From a virus (taxonomy: Duplodnaviria > Caudoviricetes), in IMG/VR virus record IMGVR_UViG_3300027672_000079, positions 1 to 25,868 of that record: a stretch of DNA of 25,868 bases; one strand, written 5' to 3'. The notes beneath the pieces were generated by a model. The model did not search any database. It was not told where the DNA came from and worked only from the letters and a program-made list of their open reading frames with translations. A program made the position numbers and the translations under genes. Below, in pieces: positions 8,102 through 16,042 of the stretch. The first letter of the stretch is position 1, and every line of letters begins with the position of its first letter.

Positions 8102-10493
8102 TGTAGTAATCCTTAAATTGAGGGCGCTTATCCCTACTGTTATTTATTTTCCAAAGATCAGCAACCATTGTATTTTCTCCGTGGAAATCTAACACACCTT
8201 CCATGCCCTGATCTGAAAAGACTTTCTCGCAATCTTGTGCCATAGCTAAAAGCTCACCTGTAGTCCAATAAGTTTTCTCTTCTACATTAACTTCAATGTA
8301 CTTAGGTTTAGGAACTTCTCCTCCTTCTACATCACCCGTAGTCTCTGTTTTTTCTTCTTTCGTAGGCTCTTCTCTACAACAGTCAAAGCCCCATAGATGA
8401 ATATTTCTAATGCCCATTGTATGGAAGACACCAATAGCTCTCATGGCTGCACAAGTACCGCCTGTAATAAGTGTGGCTCCTTGGGGGATGCCAAGGTTAT
8501 CTTCTACCTTAACCTGCTGATTAACAATTTCTTTACCCTGCTCTCCTTCTTGACGAAGAGAATCAGTATAGGCGTGCCAACCATAGATAGAAGCCTTGTT
8601 GTTAATCAAGTGTTCAGTGACAGAAGGATCAGTCATAGAAGCAATAAAGAATCTTGTAGTAGGATCAATGTTTGCAAACAAGTCTTTACGAATAACATTG
8701 TGTGTACTCTTACCTGTAATAGGTCGAGGGTCTAAGACAACACAGCCCCAAGGCTTGATACCTTGAGCAAGTAGGTGCGGATATGCGTGCTTAACTGTGA
8801 GTAATTTAGCATGTGGGTTATCGCTGATAAATTTCTTTAGTGCATCATAGTCGATGTACGGCCCAGCAGAAACAATAATACCCATTTCTTTATTTGCCGG
8901 ATGTTTAGTTACCCACTTTTTATCTCCAATAAGTTTCATATTGGTTTGGATATTATTTGTAATGTACTCTCTAGGAACTGAGTCCCGTGGATGTACAATA
9001 ATAGGCACACGTTTTAGTGTGTCTGGAACTTCTTCTAAGTCTGAATTGCTTAAGATAACTGTTAGATGGGTGTGACCACCATCAATTACCTTATCTCCAG
9101 AAGGTAGGATGTATTTTCTAACTACACTCTTCTCGTCAAACACAGTCCACCCATCTTCTACCGCAGGTTTTTCTTCTAATTTCTGTATGGCAATACCATC
9201 AAAAACTTTTTTAACACCCTGTGCTTCTTCTTTTGGGAGCTTCTCGTCATCATCCTTTGTAAAGTAATGATCCATAACAACCACTGGAACATCTTTTAAA
9301 AATTCATACTCAATCTCTACAGTTTCTTTACTGTTGCCGCTACCAATTAAAGCAAAGTCTACAGACTCTAATTGATGTGGATATTTTTTAAGATTATCTA
9401 GCTTATAGTGTTTGGCTAGGCTCTCTCTTACATTTCCTTTTACTATTTCAAAAGAGAAATCTTTCTTCTCTTTCTCTTTCATGTGTTCCTTAAACTCGTC
9501 AAGCCTAGCTGAGATAGCCTTCTCTGTGTTATGTGGCTTGGCATTAAACTCTAATGCGTCTGTAGCTGAAGTAGCGTCTTCAAATAAATCAAAGCCAATG
9601 TAATGAACAGTGTCTGTATTCTCAAACGCTGCCAGAGCCATCTCAATAGCCCGACCTGCGTTCCATGTGCCTGTCTCTAGCAAAGTGCTTGGCTTGTAGT
9701 GCCTAATTAAATCAGCAAGCTGGCGATACCTGTTGGGTAGAATGTCTGGAGATGTTTCGGTATCAGACAGTTGAATAAGCCTGTTACCTTCTTTGTCTCT
9801 AAGGGCAGCATTTTTCTTATCTCTGAGACAAGCAAAGAGATTATTAGCATATGAAGACTTACTAGAAATCTCATGTACCCTCATACCATGAGCTACGTAA
9901 ATGGTACGTAGTCTATTTAGAATGAAGCTATCATGCCACTCACGATAGTTTAAGAACTCTCCAGAAATAAATGCTCCTCTAAAATCTCCAAGCAGGTCTA
10001 CTGCTGTCTGTCTAGAAAGATTGTAGGCAGCGAAATGGCCTGAGTCATCTAGACATACCATATCAATGGTTTCTTTTTTATCAGGAAATAATTTATCTAG
10101 TTCTGTTACTGTAATCTTTTTCTGTGAGATTACGTCAGGGTCTAACCAGATCATCCACGCATCAACATTATTAAATGCACACTCTGTTATAGCTAAGACA
10201 CGAGGCATAAACTTATGTGGGTCTAGGATATCCTGATATGGAATCTGTCCTCCTTCAGTTCCGTTATGTTCAGCATACTCACTAGAAAACTTAACGTAGT
10301 CTTCTAGATTATCAAGAGCATGGTAAAAAATATTAGACCCTTGTGGCAGACTGTGCTTGGAAATGTCTATATCATAATGATAGCAATGAAACTCAATGTC
10401 TGGAGACCAGTAATCTTTAAACTGATTTAGTACCACACTTCCTGTTTGATTTAAAATGTCTTCATTAAAACAAGTTACAACTTTATATTTCAT
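8094..10493 (-). CDS. Tri-domain protein: GT-A-like + methyltransferase-like + DUF115/MAF (MptE-like) domain
   Basis: aa ~1-230: WMIWLDPD (DxD) and REWHDSF. aa ~250-480: LLETGTWNAG and YIGFDLFE. aa ~495-790: IIVSAGP, GIKPWGCVVLDP and GGTCAAMRAI..FHTMGIRNIHLWGFD. Confidence 0.7.
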   Translation of the reverse strand: MKYKVVTCFNEDILNQTGSVVLNQFKDYWSPDIEFHCYHYDIDISKHSLPQGSNIFYHALDNLEDYVKFSSEYAEHNGTEGGQIPYQDILDPHKFMPRVLAITECAFNNVDAWMIWLDPDVISQKKITVTELDKLFPDKKETIDMVCLDDSGHFAAYNLSRQTAVDLLGDFRGAFISGEFLNYREWHDSFILNRLRTIYVAHGMRVHEISSKSSYANNLFACLRDKKNAALRDKEGNRLIQLSDTETSPDILPNRYRQLADLIRHYKPSTLLETGTWNAGRAIEMALAAFENTDTVHYIGFDLFEDATSATDALEFNAKPHNTEKAISARLDEFKEHMKEKEKKDFSFEIVKGNVRESLAKHYKLDNLKKYPHQLESVDFALIGSGNSKETVEIEYEFLKDVPVVVMDHYFTKDDDEKLPKEEAQGVKKVFDGIAIQKLEEKPAVEDGWTVFDEKSVVRKYILPSGDKVIDGGHTHLTVILSNSDLEEVPDTLKRVPIIVHPRDSVPREYITNNIQTNMKLIGDKKWVTKHPANKEMGIIVSAGPYIDYDALKKFISDNPHAKLLTVKHAYPHLLAQGIKPWGCVVLDPRPITGKSTHNVIRKDLFANIDPTTRFFIASMTDPSVTEHLINNKASIYGWHAYTDSLRQEGEQGKEIVNQQVKVEDNLGIPQGATLITGGTCAAMRAIGVFHTMGIRNIHLWGFDCCREEPTKEEKTETTGDVEGGEVPKPKYIEVNVEEKTYWTTGELLAMAQDCEKVFSDQGMEGVLDFHGENTMVADLWKINNSRDKRPQFKDYYND

Positions 10494-11262
10494 CAGTTAA
10501 TCCATGTAAAAGTAAATAAGAATAATCCATATTCCACTCGGAAGCATACTGTGCATCCATAGTTCTCTGACAATTCCAATCCTTAAACCAAGGTCCGCCA
10601 GTTGTAAAGTGAACATTTTTAGCATCAAGGTTCACATCGGAATGTCCATCAAGCCAGTTCCAATCCTCTGTAATTTTACCAATGTCAGATGCTTTATCAG
10701 ATAGCCATCCAAACTTATGTAGCCAAGACCCTGTGTTTGAATTGATCTCATTAATTGTCAGCTTCTGATGTGCTGGGTGAGAACAGTTCCACAGTACAAA
10801 ACTAGACCAGTTCTTTCTAAAGTAATTCTCTTGTAGCTTACCATCCATCTTAACTGTTTCTGTAGGAGCATAATCATGCTGCACACAAAACAAAGGATAA
10901 AAATCTGAATACTCTTGGGTAGTATACTCTTCAAACAAATCATTAATGTCTGTCCGCATATACATATCAGAGTCCATATATAAAGCCCAGCCTTCGTACA
11001 TATTAAGTGCTGGCACAAGGAACCTAGTAAAACTAAAATCAGTAGAGAAAGGGCGACCATCTTTCTGGTCAATGAACTGGTCATCGACAATATCAAACTG
11101 TCGGTAAAACAATCCCATGCGCTCAACCATAGGTCGCTTGATAGGTATAATTCTTACAGCTTTAGACGCTGTACGTTCAATAGCAAACTTACATACATCA
11201 TAGGCTGTTTGTTCTCGTGGATCGTATCCTATGTATACAGTAAATGGTAGTTTCTTAGACAT
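10483..11262 (-). CDS. Glycosyltransferase, GT-A fold (GT8-like / plant CDI-like)
   Basis: Motifs YIGYDPRE, STDFSFTRFLVP, ALYMDSDM (DxD), RKNWSS, WN.L and HFTTGGPWF. Confidence 0.85.
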   Translation of the reverse strand: MSKKLPFTVYIGYDPREQTAYDVCKFAIERTASKAVRIIPIKRPMVERMGLFYRQFDIVDDQFIDQKDGRPFSTDFSFTRFLVPALNMYEGWALYMDSDMYMRTDINDLFEEYTTQEYSDFYPLFCVQHDYAPTETVKMDGKLQENYFRKNWSSFVLWNCSHPAHQKLTINEINSNTGSWLHKFGWLSDKASDIGKITEDWNWLDGHSDVNLDAKNVHFTTGGPWFKDWNCQRTMDAQYASEWNMDYSYLLLHGLTDEI

Positions 11263-11271
11263 ATAAATAGT

Positions 11272-11303
11272 TGTAGAGAGGAAGCCACAACCCCCTCCCT
11301 ACA
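11272..11303 (-). terminator. Stem-loop after hsp20 (terminator/attenuator-like)
   Basis: Minus strand tgtagggagggggt-tgtg-gcttcctctctaca forms a 14-bp stem including G-U pairs, followed by actatttat (weak U-tract). Confidence 0.6.
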
Positions 11304-11311
11304 TCCTCTCC

Positions 11312-11719
11312 TCAGTTAATGTTAATATTTTTTGGTTGCTTACTTTCTGGTAGCTCTTTTTTCAGACTAAGAGTTAGGATACCATTGGTGAGGTCGGAAT
11401 CAGAAACTTCCACGTACTCACCTAGTTTAAATTGCTTATGAAAATTTCTTTCAGCAATCCCGTGATGTAAAAATTTACTACTTTTGTGTCCTTTTCTAGC
11501 ACCCTTAATGGAAAGTAAACCGTCAGTGTCGGTGATGCTAAGTTCTTCTTTTGTAAATCCTGCAACAGCAAGGCTTAATTTAAAATTATTACTATCTATC
11601 TTTGTTATGTTATGAGGGGGATAGTTACCAGCAAACTGTAACCTAATTGTTTCCAAGTCATTAAACAATGACTCAAATCCAATTGTATAATTATCTAAAA
11701 GTACTGACTTTAGTTCCAT
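11312..11719 (-). CDS. hsp20: Small heat shock protein Hsp20 (IbpA-like)
   Basis: Motifs IGFESLF, NYPPHNI, LAVAGF, FLHHGIAERNF, NGILTLSL and KNINI are typical of IbpA/Hsp20. Confidence 0.95.
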   Translation of the reverse strand: MELKSVLLDNYTIGFESLFNDLETIRLQFAGNYPPHNITKIDSNNFKLSLAVAGFTKEELSITDTDGLLSIKGARKGHKSSKFLHHGIAERNFHKQFKLGEYVEVSDSDLTNGILTLSLKKELPESKQPKNININ

Positions 11720-11770
11720 AATATTTCTCCTTATTTAGCGAGTTATCAAAGCCCCATGATGGCAGCTTCA
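11720..11770 (-). promoter_or_regulatory. ROSE-like RNA thermometer in the hsp20 5'UTR
   Basis: The mRNA reads ..AAGCUGCC-AUCAU-GGGGCUU..UAACUCGCU-AAAUA-AGGAG-AAAUAUU-AUG. UCGCU pairs with the SD with a bulged G, and a second hairpin lies upstream. Confidence 0.7.
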
Positions 11771-11775
11771 TATAT

Positions 11776-11804
11776 ATTATATAGTATTTTTATTTATAAT
11801 GCAA
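11776..11804 (-). promoter_or_regulatory. Sigma70-type promoter upstream of hsp20
   Basis: TTGCAT-17 nt-TATAAT on the minus strand in an AT-rich intergenic region. Confidence 0.8.
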
Positions 11805-11811
11805 GTCTTTT

Positions 11812-13488
11812 TTACACTCCACACACACCACCAGTACCGCTGATGTCACAGATGTCGTGTGTCTGTACGTTGTCCTCAAACTCTTCACCTAGTTTTTCTA
11901 CTGCTTCTGCATATGGAACAGCAGTTAAAGGCTGACCGCCACGGCACCCATCAGGGAAGCAGGTAAAGCCACGTAGCCTGTGGGCATACTTAGCTAGTGT
12001 CTGTGCAAAGTCTTCTACACCAGACTCGTTGTTGTTGGGCGTTCCCCATGCAGGAAGATTGATAGTGCTAGAGATAGACATGTCTACATACTCCTGCACG
12101 TTAGCTTGGAAACTTAGTCGTCGTTCATAGTCAGTAGCAAGATCAATAGCTGACTCAATCTCTTCTGGCTTAGTGCCATACAGATCAATCATCTCCTGTG
12201 CTGCACTGTCTACTACATACTGGTAGTGCCACTTCTTTGACTTGAGGTAGCGTCGTTTGTATGATACTGCAAATATAGGTTCAACACCTGTGGAAGTTCC
12301 AGCCAGAATGCCGATTGTTCCAGTAGGTGCAACTGCTCTAACTGCTGCTGGTCGTGAAACAGATAGTGTCTCTGAAAAATCTCTGGCAATTCTGTCGGAC
12401 TCTGCCTCGTAAACTTTAAGCCAGCGATGCAGTTCTGGGGTAGTCTCATACCTATGTCCTCGTTGGATAAGCCATTCGTGAAGCCCCATGAGTCCCAGCC
12501 CCAGCCGCCTGTTCTTCTCTCTGACAGTGTTAATCTTATCATAAGGTAGTTGTGCGCGTAAGGTTCCGCACAAGAGAAACTTGGTTGCGAGTTGGACGAC
12601 GCCTTTGAGTTGAGTAAGGTCATCAATCCTAGCAAAATTAAGACTGCCAAGATTACAAACGTCACTGTCATCTTCGGACGTAACTTCGGTACACGCATTA
12701 CGAAGGGTTTCGTTTTCTTTCTCGAAGAAGTTGAAGCTAAATCCGGGTTCAGCACTTCTAAGAGCCTGACGTACATTATACCTAAAGACATCTCCTATTT
12801 CTCCTGTTTCCCAATAGTTTAATAACCAATCAGTATCATAATTTACACTGATGTTTGTCATGTCAAGAGGACAAGGGAAGTCAAAGTCATCCTGCTTAAC
12901 GTCAAAGTATGTTTGGCCTGTCTTTCCCACAGGCATTTCATTCCAGTTCTTAGCATTAAGAAACTGCATAATGTCTGGATGCTGATGATTGAGCGAAGCA
13001 TAGATAGCACTGCGTCTGCTACCACCCTGCATAACTCTACGGCCAATCTCGTTAATCATTTGCATCTTAGGAATAGGTCCGCTGGCTGTGCCGCCTGTAC
13101 CCTTAAGAGTTGCACCTTCTCCACGATAGACAGAATAATCAATACCAATGCCACCGCCTGTCATCAAACAAGATTCAGATTTCCATGATAGGTTAGCCCA
13201 ATCTTCTCTGGTATCTTCTTCTGCTCGAAGAAGGTAACAGTTATTAAAGAATTTCTTTTCGCGTCCTGCATAATATAAATATCTACCACCCGGAAGGAAG
13301 CGGAGGTTAGACATGTGGTCAATCAGTTCGTCCTTCTCGTCACGAGTTAGATAGTTCTGACATACATCTTCAACCAGAGTACACGCCAGTTCGTGCATAG
13401 TTTCTGCGCCTGTGTGTGAGTATTTAGTATTGAAAATATCTTCACTGAACTTGGACCTGAACTGTGGATTTCTATTGGACTTAAACAT
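11812..13488 (-). CDS. nrdJ: Ribonucleotide reductase, class II (adenosylcobalamin-dependent)
   Basis: Motifs PGGRYL, NNCY, GGGIG, RNACTE (NxCxE), CNLGSLN, APTGTI and a C-terminal Cys pair (ICDISGTGGVC). No beta-subunit gene nearby and no ATP cone. Confidence 0.85.
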   Translation of the reverse strand: MFKSNRNPQFRSKFSEDIFNTKYSHTGAETMHELACTLVEDVCQNYLTRDEKDELIDHMSNLRFLPGGRYLYYAGREKKFFNNCYLLRAEEDTREDWANLSWKSESCLMTGGGIGIDYSVYRGEGATLKGTGGTASGPIPKMQMINEIGRRVMQGGSRRSAIYASLNHQHPDIMQFLNAKNWNEMPVGKTGQTYFDVKQDDFDFPCPLDMTNISVNYDTDWLLNYWETGEIGDVFRYNVRQALRSAEPGFSFNFFEKENETLRNACTEVTSEDDSDVCNLGSLNFARIDDLTQLKGVVQLATKFLLCGTLRAQLPYDKINTVREKNRRLGLGLMGLHEWLIQRGHRYETTPELHRWLKVYEAESDRIARDFSETLSVSRPAAVRAVAPTGTIGILAGTSTGVEPIFAVSYKRRYLKSKKWHYQYVVDSAAQEMIDLYGTKPEEIESAIDLATDYERRLSFQANVQEYVDMSISSTINLPAWGTPNNNESGVEDFAQTLAKYAHRLRGFTCFPDGCRGGQPLTAVPYAEAVEKLGEEFEDNVQTHDICDISGTGGVCGV

Positions 13489-13507
13489 ATACTTCCCCTT
13501 CGTACTT

Positions 13508-13798
13508 CTATTTGTTGTAATATAACTTTAAAATTAACTCTGCATAATGGATAGCTTTCTTGATGTCTTTCTCCCCTTCTCCTTTGGTACGGTGGCGTGT
13601 GATATACTTTACTACATTACCCTCAAAGTAGTCAAGGCTATTAGCGTGGATATATTCTACTGGCTGTATGCCGCAGTCTTTGTAGTGATTGCCTCCGACC
13701 TGCTTAGTCAGAGTATTGTTGATGTCTTCTTTGTAACGTCTTAGATAATAATCATCTGCTCTTTCTTTAGAGGAGGATGTTAATCCTTCTTCTGACAT
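13508..13798 (-). CDS. DUF3310 / T7 gp1.7-like nucleotide kinase family protein
   Basis: QVGGNHY, IQPVEYI, EGNVVKYITR..KG..EDIKKAIHY pattern. Confidence 0.85.
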   Translation of the reverse strand: MSEEGLTSSSKERADDYYLRRYKEDINNTLTKQVGGNHYKDCGIQPVEYIHANSLDYFEGNVVKYITRHRTKGEGEKDIKKAIHYAELILKLYYNK

Positions 13799-14123
13799 TC
13801 TCTTGATCTCCTGTTTCTATTACCTTCAAAGCAAAGCTCCTTACCTTGTGAGGCTCAAGCCCTGCATGGGTACAAATTATTTCAAAGTCTTCGCTTGTCA
13901 CACCGATAGATGCAAAGAACCATGCCTTAGCTTGGTCTCTTTCAAGTGTAATGCTACTGGCTTCATAGCTTCGTTTTTCTTTAAACAAATCTAAGAAAGC
14001 TTGTAAGATAACAGATACGTATAAAACTTTATGTGGGTCTTTGTTTAATTGATCGTATAAAGATTCAAACAGTGGTTCATTCATCTTCATGGTAGTCCTG
14101 AACTGGTCTATAGAACTTACCAC
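13767..14123 (-). CDS. Hypothetical phage protein (true start probably 14090 or 14084)
   Basis: ORF in operon context. The LYVSVILQAFLD..AKAWFF..DFEIIC..AG pattern resembles uncharacterised marine phage proteins. Confidence 0.65.
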   Translation of the reverse strand: MVSSIDQFRTTMKMNEPLFESLYDQLNKDPHKVLYVSVILQAFLDLFKEKRSYEASSITLERDQAKAWFFASIGVTSEDFEIICTHAGLEPHKVRSFALKVIETGDQENVRRRINILL

Positions 14124-14475
14124 CTACCCAGTTGTTGTAGTAGGCTGGCTCGTCTGTGCCTTCTAATGTAGCAGTTAGCACATGCCGTGTTACTTGATGG
14201 TAGCACTCATAATACTTTAAGCTTCTCTTGTTTTTAAACTGTCCTAGCATTTCAAATTTAAAATTATCTTTGCCGTGCTTATCAATATCTTCTTTGAGGT
14301 GACGACTAGAACCTGCATATATTTTCCAGTTGGATTCAGATTTTTTCTTACCCTTACGGAAAGACCAGTACTGTTTACATCCTATATAAGATTTCTTAGT
14401 TTTAATATTAGTAATACAGTATACAAAACCAAAGTGCTTATGTATGTCTATCTTCTTGTCGTAGTTCCAGTGCAT
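14077..14475 (-). CDS. GIY-YIG endonuclease (T4 EndoII/DenA-like)
   Basis: Motifs FGFVYCITN..KSYIGCK, ESNWKIYAGSS, F.FEML and YYN.WVGGKF. Confidence 0.85.
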   Translation of the reverse strand: MHWNYDKKIDIHKHFGFVYCITNIKTKKSYIGCKQYWSFRKGKKKSESNWKIYAGSSRHLKEDIDKHGKDNFKFEMLGQFKNKRSLKYYECYHQVTRHVLTATLEGTDEPAYYNNWVGGKFYRPVQDYHEDE

Positions 14476-15339
14476 CTAGTAAAATACTTCTTCTACGTCT
14501 GGCGTTTTCGCCACCTTAACCAGATGTCTTTTACCCGCTGAATATTTAAATGTACGTAAGCCTCTGCCCTCATTCGCATCACTCCAACATTCTCGATTGT
14601 GGCGGCAATACACACAACCAATAGGAAGACGCATGTTACCAGACTTACCGTCAGGAATAGCAGAATAGCACCTATCAGGGACCGTTGAGGACGGCTCCAC
14701 CACTTTTTTAAGCTCTCTAATACGTTCCGCAGCATTTATCATCTCCATTGAATGTACTTTTGATAGACATATCTCACCAGTTGATTTGTCTATGACTAAG
14801 AACCCAGCCTCGCTCAATCCATTTGCTTGTGCATAGGCTGAAATCTGTGCAATGTAACCAAAAGGATCGTCGTTTACTAGGTCGTTACGTTTAAACTTAT
14901 CAAAGCTTCTACCTGATGCGCTCTTACAATCAATAAGGACACCATCAATAAGAGAATCTTGATGTCCTTTAACACCTTCTAATGTTAGCTCTCGTTGCTG
15001 GTCAGTGACTGCATGTCCTGACACAGTAGCACATAGTAACAACAGTTCTTCTAAAATATATCCATATAAAAATTTAATTCTTGTGCTTGGTTGTATATGA
15101 TCTTCAGTTGTTTCTACTCTTGAGTCATACCATAACTGTCTGTTTGGTTTGCCAATGGCTGATAGCCTTAGACCTCTACGATCCCTTGGAGTTTCGTTCA
15201 TGAAGTCTTTAACGTGTGTCTTCAACATCTCTCCAAAGGTATCAATGTGCTTGTCTACCTCGGCTTCATCCATATCAATAGGATCAAAAGTAAATAGCTT
15301 ATAAATATCTTCAACTAAAGTATCAATTGTTTTAGTCAT
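14476..15339 (-). CDS. PD-(D/E)XK exonuclease (Cas4-like phage nuclease)
   Basis: Motifs LRLSAIGKP.RQLWY, GH.DSLIDGVLIDCKSAS, GYIAQISAY and C-terminal CVYC....C. Confidence 0.8.
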   Translation of the reverse strand: MTKTIDTLVEDIYKLFTFDPIDMDEAEVDKHIDTFGEMLKTHVKDFMNETPRDRRGLRLSAIGKPNRQLWYDSRVETTEDHIQPSTRIKFLYGYILEELLLLCATVSGHAVTDQQRELTLEGVKGHQDSLIDGVLIDCKSASGRSFDKFKRNDLVNDDPFGYIAQISAYAQANGLSEAGFLVIDKSTGEICLSKVHSMEMINAAERIRELKKVVEPSSTVPDRCYSAIPDGKSGNMRLPIGCVYCRHNRECWSDANEGRGLRTFKYSAGKRHLVKVAKTPDVEEVFY

Positions 15340-15347
15340 AAAAATTA

Positions 15348-15377
15348 GAGGGACACCTAAATTAATAGATGCCCCTC
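15348..15377 (-). terminator. Stem-loop after ssb (terminator/attenuator-like)
   Basis: Minus strand gaggggcatcta-ttaatt-taggtgtccctc forms a 12-bp stem, followed by taattttt. Confidence 0.65.
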
Positions 15378-15390
15378 CTCTCCTTTCAAA

Positions 15391-15897
15391 TTACGAAGCT
15401 AGGGGGAAGTCTACTACTTCGTTATTTGTGTATCCATTAGGGACCACATCAAAGTCAGGACCGCTGCTTGTTGCATACTCAACAAGATCACGTACCTGCA
15501 AGGAATCAAGGTATCCCTTAACACCTTCTTTACCACCAAAGGTCCATGCTGTAGGACGGGCTTTTGCACATACCTTTGAACCATTACCAATCAAGGTATT
15601 GGCAGGGAAAGAATTGTTCTGTGCGTCCACTACTCGAATGCTACGGGGATCACCATTAAAGGTAGTGGTAAACTGTTTTAGCGTAACAAAATCACCACGC
15701 TTATCTTCTGGCTTGTTTGCTGTTACATTCTTAACAGATAGTCCTGCATCCTGTGCAATCTTCAAATTGTCTGGGTCAAGATTACAAATGTCAATCGTGT
15801 ACTCAGGCTTCTCAGGGTTAATCATGTTAGGCTCAAACACCTTTGCCCAGTAAGCTTCACCAGTAATAAAAATAGGGTCTGGATATTCTTTAGTCAT
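15391..15897 (-). CDS. Single-stranded DNA-binding protein (T7 gp2.5/DUF2815-like)
   Basis: Motifs GEAYWAKV, VVDA, LIGNGSKV and LDSLQVRDLVEY. Located directly downstream of the polymerase with a strong AGGAG RBS. Confidence 0.8.
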   Translation of the reverse strand: MTKEYPDPIFITGEAYWAKVFEPNMINPEKPEYTIDICNLDPDNLKIAQDAGLSVKNVTANKPEDKRGDFVTLKQFTTTFNGDPRSIRVVDAQNNSFPANTLIGNGSKVCAKARPTAWTFGGKEGVKGYLDSLQVRDLVEYATSSGPDFDVVPNGYTNNEVVDFPLAS

Positions 15898-15956
15898 TTT
15901 AATTTCTCCTAGAGTTTCTATTTAGTTTCCATCTTGTCTACTACACAAGAACAAAC

Positions 15957-15985
15957 ATTATAACATAAGGTTGATATGAAATCAA
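15957..15985 (-). promoter_or_regulatory. Sigma70-type promoter (proximal) for ssb
   Basis: TTGATT-17 nt-TATAAT with an extended -10 TG. Confidence 0.75.
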
Positions 15986-16009
15986 CACTTCCTTGTACTT
16001 TATTTTTAC

Positions 16010-16038
16010 ATCATACTCTCTTTAAGTAGGCTTGTCAA
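16010..16038 (-). promoter_or_regulatory. Sigma70-type promoter (distal) for ssb
   Basis: TTGACA-17 nt-TATGAT just after the polA stop. Confidence 0.75.
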
Positions 16039-16042
16039 CTTA

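Noticed and set aside
12213-12791. 192-aa alternative-frame ORF inside nrdJ
   Set aside because: It is fully nested in a conserved gene and has no recognisable motif.
14476-15339. Cas4-like nuclease as a sign of CRISPR
   Set aside because: No repeat-spacer array or other cas genes were seen; such nucleases are common in phage replication modules.
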